A stretch of DNA of 64,000 bases from Candidatus Babelota bacterium. GTDB lineage: Bacteria; Babelota; Babeliae; Babelales; CAIQNR01. The notes below the pieces were generated by a model. It ran no database searches. It was not told the origin of the DNA and was given only the letters and a program-made list of their open reading frames with translations. How positions within the stretch are numbered: position 1 is the first letter of the stretch; every line of letters begins with the position of its first letter. Positions 9,963-19,987 of the stretch are shown in pieces. Made by a program: the position numbers and the translations under genes. The stretch lies in NCBI GenBank assembly GCA_965658655.1, contig CBFHTA010000001.1, forward strand, positions 113,658 to 177,657, written 5' to 3'.

Positions 9963-12629
9963 TCAATTGGCAGAAGAAGATGCTCGATCAAATATTTTGC
10001 GAATTTCCTCAGCTACAATTAAAATTACCCCTGCTCCAAGCACAACAGACCAATCACTTAACCCCAGCGGAACAGTCCTGAACACAATTTGTAAAAAAGG
10101 AACATAGAGAACCAATAAAAGACCTGCCAAAACACCACCTAGTGCTAAAAAGAGCAATGGATTTCTCGAAGGAGACAAAGAAAAAGTAGAAAGAGTTAAT
10201 GATCGGCAATTAAGTGCTGTTACCCACTGACAAAAAGTTACCGTTGTCATAACCATCGTTCGCGCCAACTTTAACCCTTGTGGCAAATACCAAATAAACA
10301 CTCCTATAGATAAGAATGCTACAAGAGAAGCTATATATGCAATATGCACAACTAAACCTCGTGTAATAAGAGATGCATATTCAGTAGACCAAGTCGGTCG
10401 CAATAAATTATCTTCCGGCGCTTCAAGGGAAAGTGCAATATCAAGACAGCTATCTGTTACAATACTTAACCACAAAATTTGTGCTGCCACAATAGGAAGA
10501 GGATAGCCAAGAGCCATAGTCAAAAGAATTAAAAGAATTTCAGAGAAATTGGTTACAAAGAAATAAAGCACCACACGTTTAAACGCATAAAAAACATAGC
10601 GCCCTTCCTCTACGCCTGCAACAATGCTCGAAAACGAATCATCCAACAGAATAATATCTGCAGCTTCTTTTGCCACTTCACTACCTGTGTTTCCCATAGC
10701 AACACCCAACTCTGCAACAGCCAATGATGGTGCATCATTTACGCCATCACCAATCATCACTGTGGTTTTACCTTGCTTTTGGAACAATGTAACAAGTCGT
10801 AACTTATCTGCAGGAAGCACGCGCGCATAAACAGAAGTCTCATTTAGATGAGACGCCATTTGCTCATCGGTTAAGCCCTGCATCTCAATACCCTCGAGTA
10901 TTGGTTGATTACTGTCATTAATAATGCCAGACTCTAAAGCCAAGTGAGTAGCAGTTTTTTTATTATCACCCGTTGCCATTACCACCTGAATTCCTGCTTT
11001 TTTTAATTTCTTAATAATGCCAGGAGCAGCATCACGCAGCGTGTCTTGAATCCCAAACGCTCCCAATAGTGCAAGGTCTTGCTCGAATAAACCCTCAAAG
11101 AATCTCTTTTTTTCTCTAGCACCTTCTGGAACACTCGCAAGATCAAACTCTTTATAGGCAACTGCAATTACACGTAAACCCTGTTTTAAAAAATCTTCTA
11201 TAAGTGTGTCTTGCTCCCTAGAAATACCTGCACAACGACTCTTAATAACCTCAGGAGACCCAAGTCCAAACGCTATACCTTTGCCGTTTTTTTCATAAAA
11301 ACCTGCATGAAACTGGTACTGGGCACTAAACGGTATTTCAAACAATTCTTTATAATCTTTATAAACCACATCCTCAGTCACGCCAGCTTTATCTGCACAA
11401 ATTTCCATCGCGGCTTCACTAGAATTCCCCTTAATAGAATACACTCGAATAGTTTCTACATATTCTACTTTAGAGCGATCAAGAAGTTGAGCTGCCTCCA
11501 ACATAAAACGTGCATCTTTATTCAATTCTGACTTACCACTTGAGTCAGTAACTTGCCCTTCTGGCAAATACCCTTTACCTGAAACTGTATAAACCTGTGT
11601 ATTGGCAAAAAAAGTGTTTACCATCAATTCATTACGTGTAAGTGTTCCAGTTTTATCTATTATCATAACCTGGGCTCGCCCAAGCGCTTCAACTGCCTGC
11701 AAGCGTTTTGCCAATACATTTTTTTTGGCTGTTCGATAAGCACCAGCAACAAGAATTAAAGTCATGATAACCGGCAATCCTTGAGGAATTACACACACAA
11801 ACAAAGCAATAAGAGCAGCAAAGAGTTCTGCAAATGGTTTACCCGTAGCTACACCTATGACTAACAATGCAACACAAATAAAAATAATGATTCCCAAAAT
11901 AAATTTAAGAAGATCTCCCAAATCTCTTTCTAAAGGCATTTGAGAAAAAGCCGCCCCTGCTAACTGATTAACCTGTGCACTTTCAGTCTTTTTTCCGGTT
12001 GCTGTCACAATAGCTTTTGCTCTCCCCGAAAGAATATATGAACCTAAAAAAACCATATTATCTTGATCGTTCATAGAAAGGTTTTTGCCTTCTCTGGCAA
12101 AAACATCTTTTTCAACCGGATCAGATTCACCCGTAAGTATAGCTTCATCAACAGTTAGACCATAAGATTCTATAATACGCGCATCTGCAGAAACACGTTC
12201 TCCTTCTTGTAGAATCAGGATGTCTCCAGGAACCAGATCAAAATCATTAACAATTTGCTTTTTACCATCACGAATAACAAGTGATTTGCTATTTTTAAAC
12301 TGCTGTACTCGAGAAATCATTGTATAAATACGATGTTCCTGAATAGTTCCAATAGTAACGTTTAAAAGTAAAATAAGTAAAATAATGACGGCATCAAACC
12401 CATTGCCAGCAAAGAAAATAATAACAGCAGAAACAATTAAAAAATAAAAAAGAGGATCTTGACACTGACTCAACAACAAAGAAAAAAACGTTTCTCTCTT
12501 CTGCTCTGTTGGTTTATTAGGGCCATATTTTTTCAAAGCTTGCTGCGCCTGCTCATTGGTTAAACCCGTAGTGAGATTTACCCCAAAAGTTTGTGCAACT
12601 TTTTCAATCACCATCTTATAATACTTCAT
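9963..12629 (-). CDS. Cation-transporting P-type ATPase (type IIA-like, divergent)
   Basis: TGES, DKTGTLT, MATGD, GDGVND motifs; ten-TM organisation. Confidence 0.92.
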   Translation of the reverse strand: MKYYKMVIEKVAQTFGVNLTTGLTNEQAQQALKKYGPNKPTEQKRETFFSLLLSQCQDPLFYFLIVSAVIIFFAGNGFDAVIILLILLLNVTIGTIQEHRIYTMISRVQQFKNSKSLVIRDGKKQIVNDFDLVPGDILILQEGERVSADARIIESYGLTVDEAILTGESDPVEKDVFAREGKNLSMNDQDNMVFLGSYILSGRAKAIVTATGKKTESAQVNQLAGAAFSQMPLERDLGDLLKFILGIIIFICVALLVIGVATGKPFAELFAALIALFVCVIPQGLPVIMTLILVAGAYRTAKKNVLAKRLQAVEALGRAQVMIIDKTGTLTRNELMVNTFFANTQVYTVSGKGYLPEGQVTDSSGKSELNKDARFMLEAAQLLDRSKVEYVETIRVYSIKGNSSEAAMEICADKAGVTEDVVYKDYKELFEIPFSAQYQFHAGFYEKNGKGIAFGLGSPEVIKSRCAGISREQDTLIEDFLKQGLRVIAVAYKEFDLASVPEGAREKKRFFEGLFEQDLALLGAFGIQDTLRDAAPGIIKKLKKAGIQVVMATGDNKKTATHLALESGIINDSNQPILEGIEMQGLTDEQMASHLNETSVYARVLPADKLRLVTLFQKQGKTTVMIGDGVNDAPSLAVAELGVAMGNTGSEVAKEAADIILLDDSFSSIVAGVEEGRYVFYAFKRVVLYFFVTNFSEILLILLTMALGYPLPIVAAQILWLSIVTDSCLDIALSLEAPEDNLLRPTWSTEYASLITRGLVVHIAYIASLVAFLSIGVFIWYLPQGLKLARTMVMTTVTFCQWVTALNCRSLTLSTFSLSPSRNPLLFLALGGVLAGLLLVLYVPFLQIVFRTVPLGLSDWSVVLGAGVILIVAEEIRKIFDRASSSAN

Positions 12630-12739
12630 ACATCACCTTTTCTAAAAATTGAGCTCTATTCTAAAGTACAAATTCTATAGAAAAAATGCCAGACAAAAGA
12701 TATTAAAAATACAAACCCTATCCACTTACTTTAAAGCCT

Positions 12740-13210
12740 TTAAACCTCTTCATACAAAAAGTTGCTTTTTTGATATTGCTCCAAAACAATAGGAGTAAAC
12801 ACTTTTTGAAAATCCTGCAAAGACTTGAAGGGCAAAGATTTAAAAGGTACTGTTTTAGATTCAACAATTTTCCCTGTCGCATACGCTGAAAGAAAAGAAT
12901 CATCTTCGTTACATTCATCCCCTTCCTTAATAACTGGCAACCGACCTTTAACAGTTGCAACAGAAATTGAAGAACACTTTTTTGATTCCAAAAAACAATC
13001 TAAAGCTTTATCAAGAAAATTGCTTGGCTTTAATTCTTTTCCTTTATACTTTGGTAGATCATCATCTTTCTTAGCTTTTTCATACAAACCATTTATCTCA
13101 TTCATTTGATCATCAGTTAAGAGTAATACATCTTCTCTATCAGCATCTGCCCCAAAGCAAGAAGCCGTGGGAACAAACAATAAAATGCTTAGAATAATCT
13201 TTCTATTCAT
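12740..13210 (-). CDS. Secreted hypothetical protein
   Basis: Signal peptide, 156-aa ORF filling the intergenic space. Confidence 0.65.
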   Translation of the reverse strand: MNRKIILSILLFVPTASCFGADADREDVLLLTDDQMNEINGLYEKAKKDDDLPKYKGKELKPSNFLDKALDCFLESKKCSSISVATVKGRLPVIKEGDECNEDDSFLSAYATGKIVESKTVPFKSLPFKSLQDFQKVFTPIVLEQYQKSNFLYEEV

Positions 13211-13294
13211 ACTTATGCCCTAAAAGTAAATTGCACCTAATCAAAATGATTATTATAAAGTACCAACATAAAATCGCAACTAAAAACGGCTCCC

Positions 13295-14050
13295 TTAAGT
13301 AAGATCAGGATGCAAAGCGTAATCAGCTTTAAGTGCATCTAAACGAGTGTAGAGAATACCGACAAATTTCATACCTGCCTTTTCTACAGCCTTTTCTACC
13401 GCTTTAAGGTTTTTTAATTTGTCATCAACAAAGATAACAACCTCTGGTTTATATTTGCAGGTTTTCAATAACACCATGAGAGACTCTCCCTTGTCTCCGG
13501 AGCCAGCAAAAAAAATGCCATGTTTAAATCCACCAGGAACACCGTGAAATAAAAAGACCTTCTCTTGTGTTGGCAGTGCTTTAAAATAACCGCTTTCAAC
13601 AAAGCTCAAACCACATTTTTCTACGTTTTTAATAGTTGCATTTTCTACAGGAAACGATCGCGCTGTTAGGCCAATGGTTTTATCAGCTATCTTCTGAATG
13701 GCTTTAACAGTTTTTTTAGTCTCTTTGCCTTCAACCAATTTAAAAGAAAAGTGTGGATCCATTTGAATTTCAAAGTACACAGGCGCTATAATATCCCACG
13801 CAGTTTCAGGATCAACACCTTTATCAACAGCATGTTTAACACGTGCTTGCATCCACATGTCACCACCCCGTTGATCTTTGTTATTGGGCATAACCAGCGT
13901 TTCATCTAAATCAAAAGCAACAAGCAATTTTTTGTCTTGATATTTTTTTGCTTCGGTTAGAACCGTACCAATTTCAGAAGATTTAATAATTTGAGCAGAA
14001 AGTTCTACCGACGAAACAAGCAATACACTTAATAATAATAATTTACGCAT
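13295..14050 (-). CDS. Secreted HAD-fold protein (DUF2608-like)
   Basis: Signal peptide, FDLDET (DxD), GLTAR, KG, IFVDD motifs. Confidence 0.8.
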   Translation of the reverse strand: MRKLLLLSVLLVSSVELSAQIIKSSEIGTVLTEAKKYQDKKLLVAFDLDETLVMPNNKDQRGGDMWMQARVKHAVDKGVDPETAWDIIAPVYFEIQMDPHFSFKLVEGKETKKTVKAIQKIADKTIGLTARSFPVENATIKNVEKCGLSFVESGYFKALPTQEKVFLFHGVPGGFKHGIFFAGSGDKGESLMVLLKTCKYKPEVVIFVDDKLKNLKAVEKAVEKAGMKFVGILYTRLDALKADYALHPDLT

Positions 14051-14116
14051 GAAAAAGCCTTTCAAGAAGAGTTTAAGAAAGACACTAGCGTAACGGACAA
14101 TAGAAAAATTGAAAAG

Positions 14117-14680
14117 TTATTTTTGTTGATAATGTAAACAGGTTATTTGAATAACAGGAAAAGATTTTTGCATCATCTCTGCAACATTGAGTATATGCTT
14201 AGAAGTGTCATCAATAAAAACTATCGATGTCGGCAAACTTGCTTTGTCTGCACGATCAAGATACTGCTTAAGAGTATCCCCTTTGCTTTGAAGCCCTGAA
14301 TAACAAACACCATTATATTCAAACGACTGTAACATTTTATTCAAATAAAGAACTTTAGATTTTTCAAAATAAAAAAAATGCGCTCCTAGCTCATTTAAAT
14401 TTGCAGTAATAGCTTGATGCAAATAAGAATATGAGCCCGTTAAAGAAAGAATGCGATCTGCCCGTGCACAAGACATATCAAAAACACTCTGAGTTTTATC
14501 CGTCAACCAACTATGGGGAATATTATCTTCAAACCTAAAAAGTGTTCCGTCTAAATCCCATACCACCCAAGAGCCAGCATTCACAAAAGGTACAACTTCT
14601 TCAATACTATTAATTGTTCTCATTTCAGCACTCAAAGATGACATAAGAAAACATACCCCTAAGAAAAAACACCTATTCAT
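14117..14680 (-). CDS. Secreted HAD-fold protein (DUF2608-like), tandem paralog
   Basis: WDLDGT, SLTG, SKG, IVFIDD motifs; signal peptide. Confidence 0.75.
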   Translation of the reverse strand: MNRCFFLGVCFLMSSLSAEMRTINSIEEVVPFVNAGSWVVWDLDGTLFRFEDNIPHSWLTDKTQSVFDMSCARADRILSLTGSYSYLHQAITANLNELGAHFFYFEKSKVLYLNKMLQSFEYNGVCYSGLQSKGDTLKQYLDRADKASLPTSIVFIDDTSKHILNVAEMMQKSFPVIQITCLHYQQK

Positions 14681-14806
14681 TATCTTCTCCCTAATTAATA
14701 ATTTAGCAAAGAAAGTAACAAAAATGAAAAAGGGGAATAAAGAAAAGAATTTTAATACACAGTCATTTTAGAAATTGGCTGTGCCAACCGTAGCCTTGGC
14801 GTAAGT

Positions 14807-15216
14807 TGGTGGAGGCGATGGGAATCGAACCCATGTCCGCATTATCGTAGATTATAAGCGCTACATGCTTAGTTCTTGTTTAATACTCTCCCAGCTACTC
14901 AAGAACAAGAACACTGGAAAAGGCAGGCTGGTATACAGCACAAGTTACGAACCTACTGAACCTAACTTGACAGTTCTATCTTTTTTATAATACGAGTTAG
15001 ATTAACTGATAGACACGAAAGCCTAACAAGCAGTTACTAAGGAAACTGTGCTTACGCAGCAGCCACCATAGAACCATAAGAAGTCACAGACTTATCGCCC
15101 ATGAATCCTGCGAATGTAGTGTCATTCATAGTTCGATCGTTTATTTTACGAGTATCCAATCAAAGCTCGGCATGCTCTCACAAGCGTCAACAACACGTCG
15201 AAGCCAGTGCGCCCCC
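14807..15216 (-). ncRNA. ssrA: tmRNA (410 nt)
   Basis: 5' GGGGGCG...CTGGCTTCGAC; 3' GGACATGGGTTCGATTCCCATCGCCTCCACCA; G3:U acceptor pair; internal tag ORF ending AAA*; directly downstream of smpB. Confidence 0.95.
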
Positions 15217-15261
15217 ATGAATTTCAAAGTTCAAGCTATTATTTAAACTTGATATTTTCTG

Positions 15262-15290
15262 ATTGTAACAAATACTAGTAAAAAAGTCAA
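15262..15290 (-). promoter_or_regulatory. Sigma70-type promoter for ssrA
   Basis: TTGACT-17 nt-TACAAT with extended TG. Confidence 0.7.
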
Positions 15291-15297
15291 TGCGAGC

Positions 15298-15747
15298 CTA
15301 TTTATAATCCTTAAGTTCTCGAGAAGTTTCTCGCTTAATATCTCGCTCTTTGAGCATCTGTTTTTTGCCCGCAGCTTTACGGTGCTTACAAAGCCCCAGC
15401 TCGACTTTTACTTTACTGTTTTTAAAATAGAGAACTAAAGGAATTACAGTTATTCCTTTACGCGAAATATCGCCGACAAGCTTATTAAGCTCTCGCTTAT
15501 GCACTAAGAGCTTACGAGAACGTTTAGCTGTGTCTTCGTCTTTCTTATAGGCCTTGTCGTATGGAGTTATATGGCAGTTAACCATAAAAAGTTCGCCTTG
15601 ATGAACATTGGCAAACGCTCCCGTTAAGTTTACATGACCCGCACGTAGCGACTTAACCTCATCCCCGGTCAAAACGATGCCAGCTTCTATTTTATCTAAC
15701 ACCTCGTAGTCAAAGAATGCTTTCTTGTTTTTACTGATAATCTTCAT
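15298..15747 (-). CDS. smpB: SsrA-binding protein
   Basis: NKKAFFDY, EAGIVLTGDEVKSLR, RKLLVHKRE. Confidence 0.96.
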   Translation of the reverse strand: MKIISKNKKAFFDYEVLDKIEAGIVLTGDEVKSLRAGHVNLTGAFANVHQGELFMVNCHITPYDKAYKKDEDTAKRSRKLLVHKRELNKLVGDISRKGITVIPLVLYFKNSKVKVELGLCKHRKAAGKKQMLKERDIKRETSRELKDYK

Positions 15748-15759
15748 AATACCCTTCCC

Positions 15760-16230
15760 CTAAAAAGCCTTTTTTCTCGTAAGCACAGAGAAAAAATTCC
15801 AAAAAACAGGATACAAAGCGAAGGCCAAAACGAGGCCCACTAAGTTTGCTCCCAACATAAACGCCCAAAAAGAAATTTTCACAGTACCAAAAATTGCAGC
15901 TAGTTTACTGGAAACATAGACCATCCAAGTTGGATTAAATTGAGTTACAGAAATCCCATACCAAGAATGGAGAATCCAATGCCCACACACATAACCGCTC
16001 ATATGAATTGGTATCATTGTCCAAGGATTATTTACCCCATATCCTACCGCCAAAAGCAACGGAATATTAAGCCCAAACAACCACCCAAAAATTACGTGCA
16101 TAGCTGTATGAAACCCTAAAAATGGAGAAAAAGAGATATAAATACCCAAAGAAGCAGCCACCGCCAACTTGTGCGGACAGCGTTCCTGCTTTGCTATTTT
16201 ATGTAAAAATGTTTTCATTTGAGAGAACAT
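15760..16230 (-). CDS. DUF2062 family membrane protein
   Basis: PHKLA...LG...P.LG.H and NNPWT motifs; start set at MFSQMK. Confidence 0.75.
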   Translation of the reverse strand: MFSQMKTFLHKIAKQERCPHKLAVAASLGIYISFSPFLGFHTAMHVIFGWLFGLNIPLLLAVGYGVNNPWTMIPIHMSGYVCGHWILHSWYGISVTQFNPTWMVYVSSKLAAIFGTVKISFWAFMLGANLVGLVLAFALYPVFWNFFSVLTRKKAF

Positions 16231-16339
16231 ATTTCTACCCTTAAACCAAAATCTTTGATAAACACCCTTTAATACAGTATATTCTACCATGATGGAGTTT
16301 GAAGAACAAGACAATGTAGCCCTTCAGAAAGGGGAATCC

Positions 16340-17035
16340 ATGAAAAAAACACTCTTTTTTATTCTGGTAACTAGCATAACCTTTATTCACAGCAACTCAA
16401 ATCGGTCCCTACTTAACCTCTACCAAAACAGTAAAACCCCTGTTGGAACACAAAAAAACAAAGCTATCACCTATTTAGGCATGCTTCAGTTTCCTTCGCA
16501 AATTCAAAATCCATCAGTTAGGGCTTACTATAAAGGCCATATTGTAGACATGGAGAATGGAGCTTATTCGTTTATTGAAAATAGAAAATTTCAGGTATTT
16601 ACCATTGTGGTAACTTTACTCCCTCCACCTACAACCAATACTCCTTCAAATTTGACTATTCCAGAGGGGCATCCTTATACGCGTTACACTCTCTTTAAAA
16701 CTAATGCAAAGCAAAAAGAAGGTAAAAAACAAGAAGAATGGCGCGTAGAAAAAATAAACGACACCAATGGGATAAAAGTACCCAGCAATGCACTACTAAT
16801 CTTGCTTGATCCGGAATTAATTGACAATACTCGAGTACACGCATGGTTCAAAGATAGCTTTACACTGAAGTTACCAACTCTTATTATGAAGAAGAACCTT
16901 TCTAAAAAAGCCTTTGATTCTGCTTATAATCGATCTGTCTTAACCGCTTTAGATTGGGATGTATTCCATCAAAAAGTGGAGTGGGAAGAAAAAAAACATA
17001 AACAAAAACATATTGCTCGAAGAAGAATTGTATGA
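16340..17035 (+). CDS. Secreted hypothetical protein
   Basis: AAGGGG RBS before MKKTLFF, signal peptide, ATGA-coupled to tsaD. Confidence 0.7.
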   Translation: MKKTLFFILVTSITFIHSNSNRSLLNLYQNSKTPVGTQKNKAITYLGMLQFPSQIQNPSVRAYYKGHIVDMENGAYSFIENRKFQVFTIVVTLLPPPTTNTPSNLTIPEGHPYTRYTLFKTNAKQKEGKKQEEWRVEKINDTNGIKVPSNALLILLDPELIDNTRVHAWFKDSFTLKLPTLIMKKNLSKKAFDSAYNRSVLTALDWDVFHQKVEWEEKKHKQKHIARRRIV

Positions 17036-18048
17036 AATATACCGTTTTAGGGGTGGAGTCTTCATGTGATGAAGTTGCTGCTGCAGTGTATACCACCGAT
17101 AAAAAATTATTATCCAGTAAGCTTTTTTCTCAAACTGAGATGCACAAAAAATATGGTGGTGTGGTCCCTGAGATCGCCTCACGCGAACATATAAAGAAAA
17201 TTAATCAAATTACCCAAGAAGCACTCGATGCCGCTGGTGTAACACTTGATGATATCGACGTTATTGCTGTTACAAGCAAACCAGGGTTACCCGGTTCTCT
17301 TTTGATTGGAACCTGCTTTGCAAAGGCTCTAGCAGAATCTAAAAATAAAAAAATTATTGCGGTTGATCATCTTGAAGGTCACGCTTTTTCTGCAAATATT
17401 GAACACGACATTCCATTTCCTTTTTTATGTATGACTGCCTCAGGTGGCCATACAAATATGTATCGCGTTACTAATTTTGGAGAATATGAATTTCTAGGAA
17501 CCACTCTCGATGACGCAGCAGGAGAAGCATTTGATAAGATTTCTAAGCTGTTAAAATTAGGTTATCCAGGTGGCCCTATTATTGAAAAACTAGCACGCGA
17601 AGCTGGATTTAAAGATTTTTACAAATACCCGCGCAACAAAGACATTGGATTAAACTTTAGCTTTTCTGGTTTAAAAACTGCAGTACTTTACGATCTTGTT
17701 AAAAAGAACGCGTATGACATGAAAAAGAAAGAACTTCTAAATGACAGCGAGCAACTAAAAAAAGAAGTTGCAAGCTCTTTTCAGGTATGCGTAGCTGATA
17801 TCTTTGTAAAAAAAGTTGAAAAAGCCTTAGAACAATATGAAGACTACAAAGGGCTTGTTTTTGTAGGTGGTGTAGCATGCAATAATTATATTCGTCAAAG
17901 ACTTACTGATGTTGCAACACAACACAATTTGCCTTACTTTTCTCCTTCTCCAAAATATTGTACCGATAATGCTGCAATGATCGCATACGTAGGTCATTAC
18001 AAAGCGCTAAAAGGAGAATTCAGCGAACCTGATTTTGATATTTTATAA
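17032..18048 (+). CDS. tsaD: tRNA N6-threonylcarbamoyltransferase
   Basis: ESSCDE, GGVVPEIASREH, HLEGH, SGGHT, DDAAGEAFDK, DNAAMIA. Confidence 0.96.
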   Translation: MKYTVLGVESSCDEVAAAVYTTDKKLLSSKLFSQTEMHKKYGGVVPEIASREHIKKINQITQEALDAAGVTLDDIDVIAVTSKPGLPGSLLIGTCFAKALAESKNKKIIAVDHLEGHAFSANIEHDIPFPFLCMTASGGHTNMYRVTNFGEYEFLGTTLDDAAGEAFDKISKLLKLGYPGGPIIEKLAREAGFKDFYKYPRNKDIGLNFSFSGLKTAVLYDLVKKNAYDMKKKELLNDSEQLKKEVASSFQVCVADIFVKKVEKALEQYEDYKGLVFVGGVACNNYIRQRLTDVATQHNLPYFSPSPKYCTDNAAMIAYVGHYKALKGEFSEPDFDIL

Positions 18049-18320
18049 GAGCCACCGATAAGAATAGTAAAAAAAAGTTGTTCTGGTACTTTTTAGCCTT
18101 ATTGGAAGTTTCTATACTATAAGCAGGTATTTCATACTCCTGTTTCCATAGATACCTCTAACTAAACTCAACCAAATAATGCAAAGACTGTAACTCGTGG
18201 GAACACAATTCTCTAGAAAAAGTATTCTGGAAATCCAACCAAACCTCCAGCCTTATTACTCCACAAGACTAGCTCTCGTTCAGTCACTTGCCCAAAATGA
18301 TCTACAGAGAATTTTTTCAC

Positions 18321-18373
18321 AAAAAAACCCTAATAAAATATAAACAGTTTAATTATTCATATTCTATTAGGGT
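18321..18373 (-). terminator. Long intrinsic terminator downstream of rho
   Basis: ACCCTAATA...TATTAGGGT stem of about 22 bp (G:U pairs on the minus strand) followed by T-run. Confidence 0.65.
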
Positions 18374-18396
18374 ATATATTTTTAAATAAGCCTTAA

Positions 18397-19854
18397 CTAC
18401 TTAGAACCATTCGCAGCTTTTTTAGCATTCATTGATTCAAAAAACTCTTCGTTTGTTTTAAACTTCTTCATCTTGTCAATCATGAATTCCATGCCTTCAA
18501 TCATGTTCATATTACCTAAGAACTTTTGAAGAACCCAAGAACGTTTTTGATCACCTTCACTGAAAAGAAGATCATCACGACGGGTACTTGAACTAAGAAG
18601 ATCATACGAAGGATAAATACGACGGTTTGCAAGCTTACGGCTCATATGCATTTCCATATTACCGGTACCTTTAAACTCTTCGTAAATAACTTCATCCATA
18701 CGAGAGCCAGTTTCTACAAGAGCTGTACCAATAATAGTTAACGAACCGCCTTCTTCCATGGCACGAGCTGCACCAAAGAAACGCTTTGGCCGTTGTAGTG
18801 CATTGGCGTCAATACCACCAGTCAGTACTTTTCCTGATGATGGAGCTGTAGTATTGTAAGCACGAGCAAGACGAGTAATAGCATCAAGCAAAATAACAAC
18901 ATCTTTACCTGATTCAACTAAACGCTTTGCTTTTTCAAGAACAATCTCTGCAACCTGAACATGACGTTCTGCAGATTCATCAAAAGTCGAACTTATCACT
19001 TCAGCATGAGCACCCTTAACACAGCGCTTCATATCTGCAACTTCTTCTGGACGCTCGTCAATAAGCAGAACAATCAAGAAAACATCTGGATGATTTGTAA
19101 TAAGACTTTGAGCAATCTCTTTTAAGAGAACTGTTTTACCTGCTTTTGGTGGCGCAACAATAAGACCACGCTGTCCTCTACCCACGGGGGTAAAAATATC
19201 CATCAAACGTGTTGATGCAAAAGTAGGATTAGACTCTAAAGTAAATTTACTGTTTGGATGCATAGGAGAAAGTCGATCAAAATTTGGTCGCTCTCTCAAC
19301 TTCATAGGGTCTTCAAAGTTAACTTTATCGACCTTAAGCAATGCAAAATATTTTTCATTATCTTTTGGTTTACGAATAACACCAGAAACTGTATCTCCAG
19401 TACGCAAACCAAAACGACGAATTTGTGAGGGAGAAACATACACATCATCAGGACTCGAAACATAATCGAATCGGTTAGAACGTAAAAATCCAAACCCATC
19501 AGGGAGTCTCTCTAAAACACCCTCTACTTCGACTTCTCTGTCTGGGTGTTCTTGCATTTCTACAATTCTTTCTACTAACTGTCTATGCAACAACAAGCTT
19601 GCACCTATTAAACCCCACCTACGAGCATGCATATTCAATTCTTGAGTAGAAAGCTCTAAAAGCTGTTCTTTTGTTAAAACTTTTGGGTGATAATCATTTT
19701 TATGTTGAGAGCCACCGCTATTACGGTTGCGATTGTCTCCTGAATGATTATTTTTTTGCGCAGATGGCCTTGCCTGTGACGCAGGTTTGCCTGCAGGCTT
19801 TTTCTGACCTGTCTGTTTTTTCTTCGGTGCCACTATTTTCTTATCTTCTTTCAT
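18397..19854 (-). CDS. rho: Transcription termination factor Rho
   Basis: [43 protein letters not shown]-rich N-terminal extension. Confidence 0.97.
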   Translation of the reverse strand: MKEDKKIVAPKKKQTGQKKPAGKPASQARPSAQKNNHSGDNRNRNSGGSQHKNDYHPKVLTKEQLLELSTQELNMHARRWGLIGASLLLHRQLVERIVEMQEHPDREVEVEGVLERLPDGFGFLRSNRFDYVSSPDDVYVSPSQIRRFGLRTGDTVSGVIRKPKDNEKYFALLKVDKVNFEDPMKLRERPNFDRLSPMHPNSKFTLESNPTFASTRLMDIFTPVGRGQRGLIVAPPKAGKTVLLKEIAQSLITNHPDVFLIVLLIDERPEEVADMKRCVKGAHAEVISSTFDESAERHVQVAEIVLEKAKRLVESGKDVVILLDAITRLARAYNTTAPSSGKVLTGGIDANALQRPKRFFGAARAMEEGGSLTIIGTALVETGSRMDEVIYEEFKGTGNMEMHMSRKLANRRIYPSYDLLSSSTRRDDLLFSEGDQKRSWVLQKFLGNMNMIEGMEFMIDKMKKFKTNEEFFESMNAKKAANGSK

Positions 19855-19987
19855 TTATAAACCTCCGATTATGATAACGCGCCCATTTAACAACACCCCA
19901 AAGGAAGGCGTCATGCTTCTAAACAAAAGCATACACAACTCTTTTCATAATAATTGAATAACATACTGCGTAATCAGCTACCACGTA

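Noticed and set aside
12740..14806. Integrated element at the tmRNA 3' end
   Set aside because: No integrase, no duplicated att copy of the tmRNA end seen, and no obvious composition shift.
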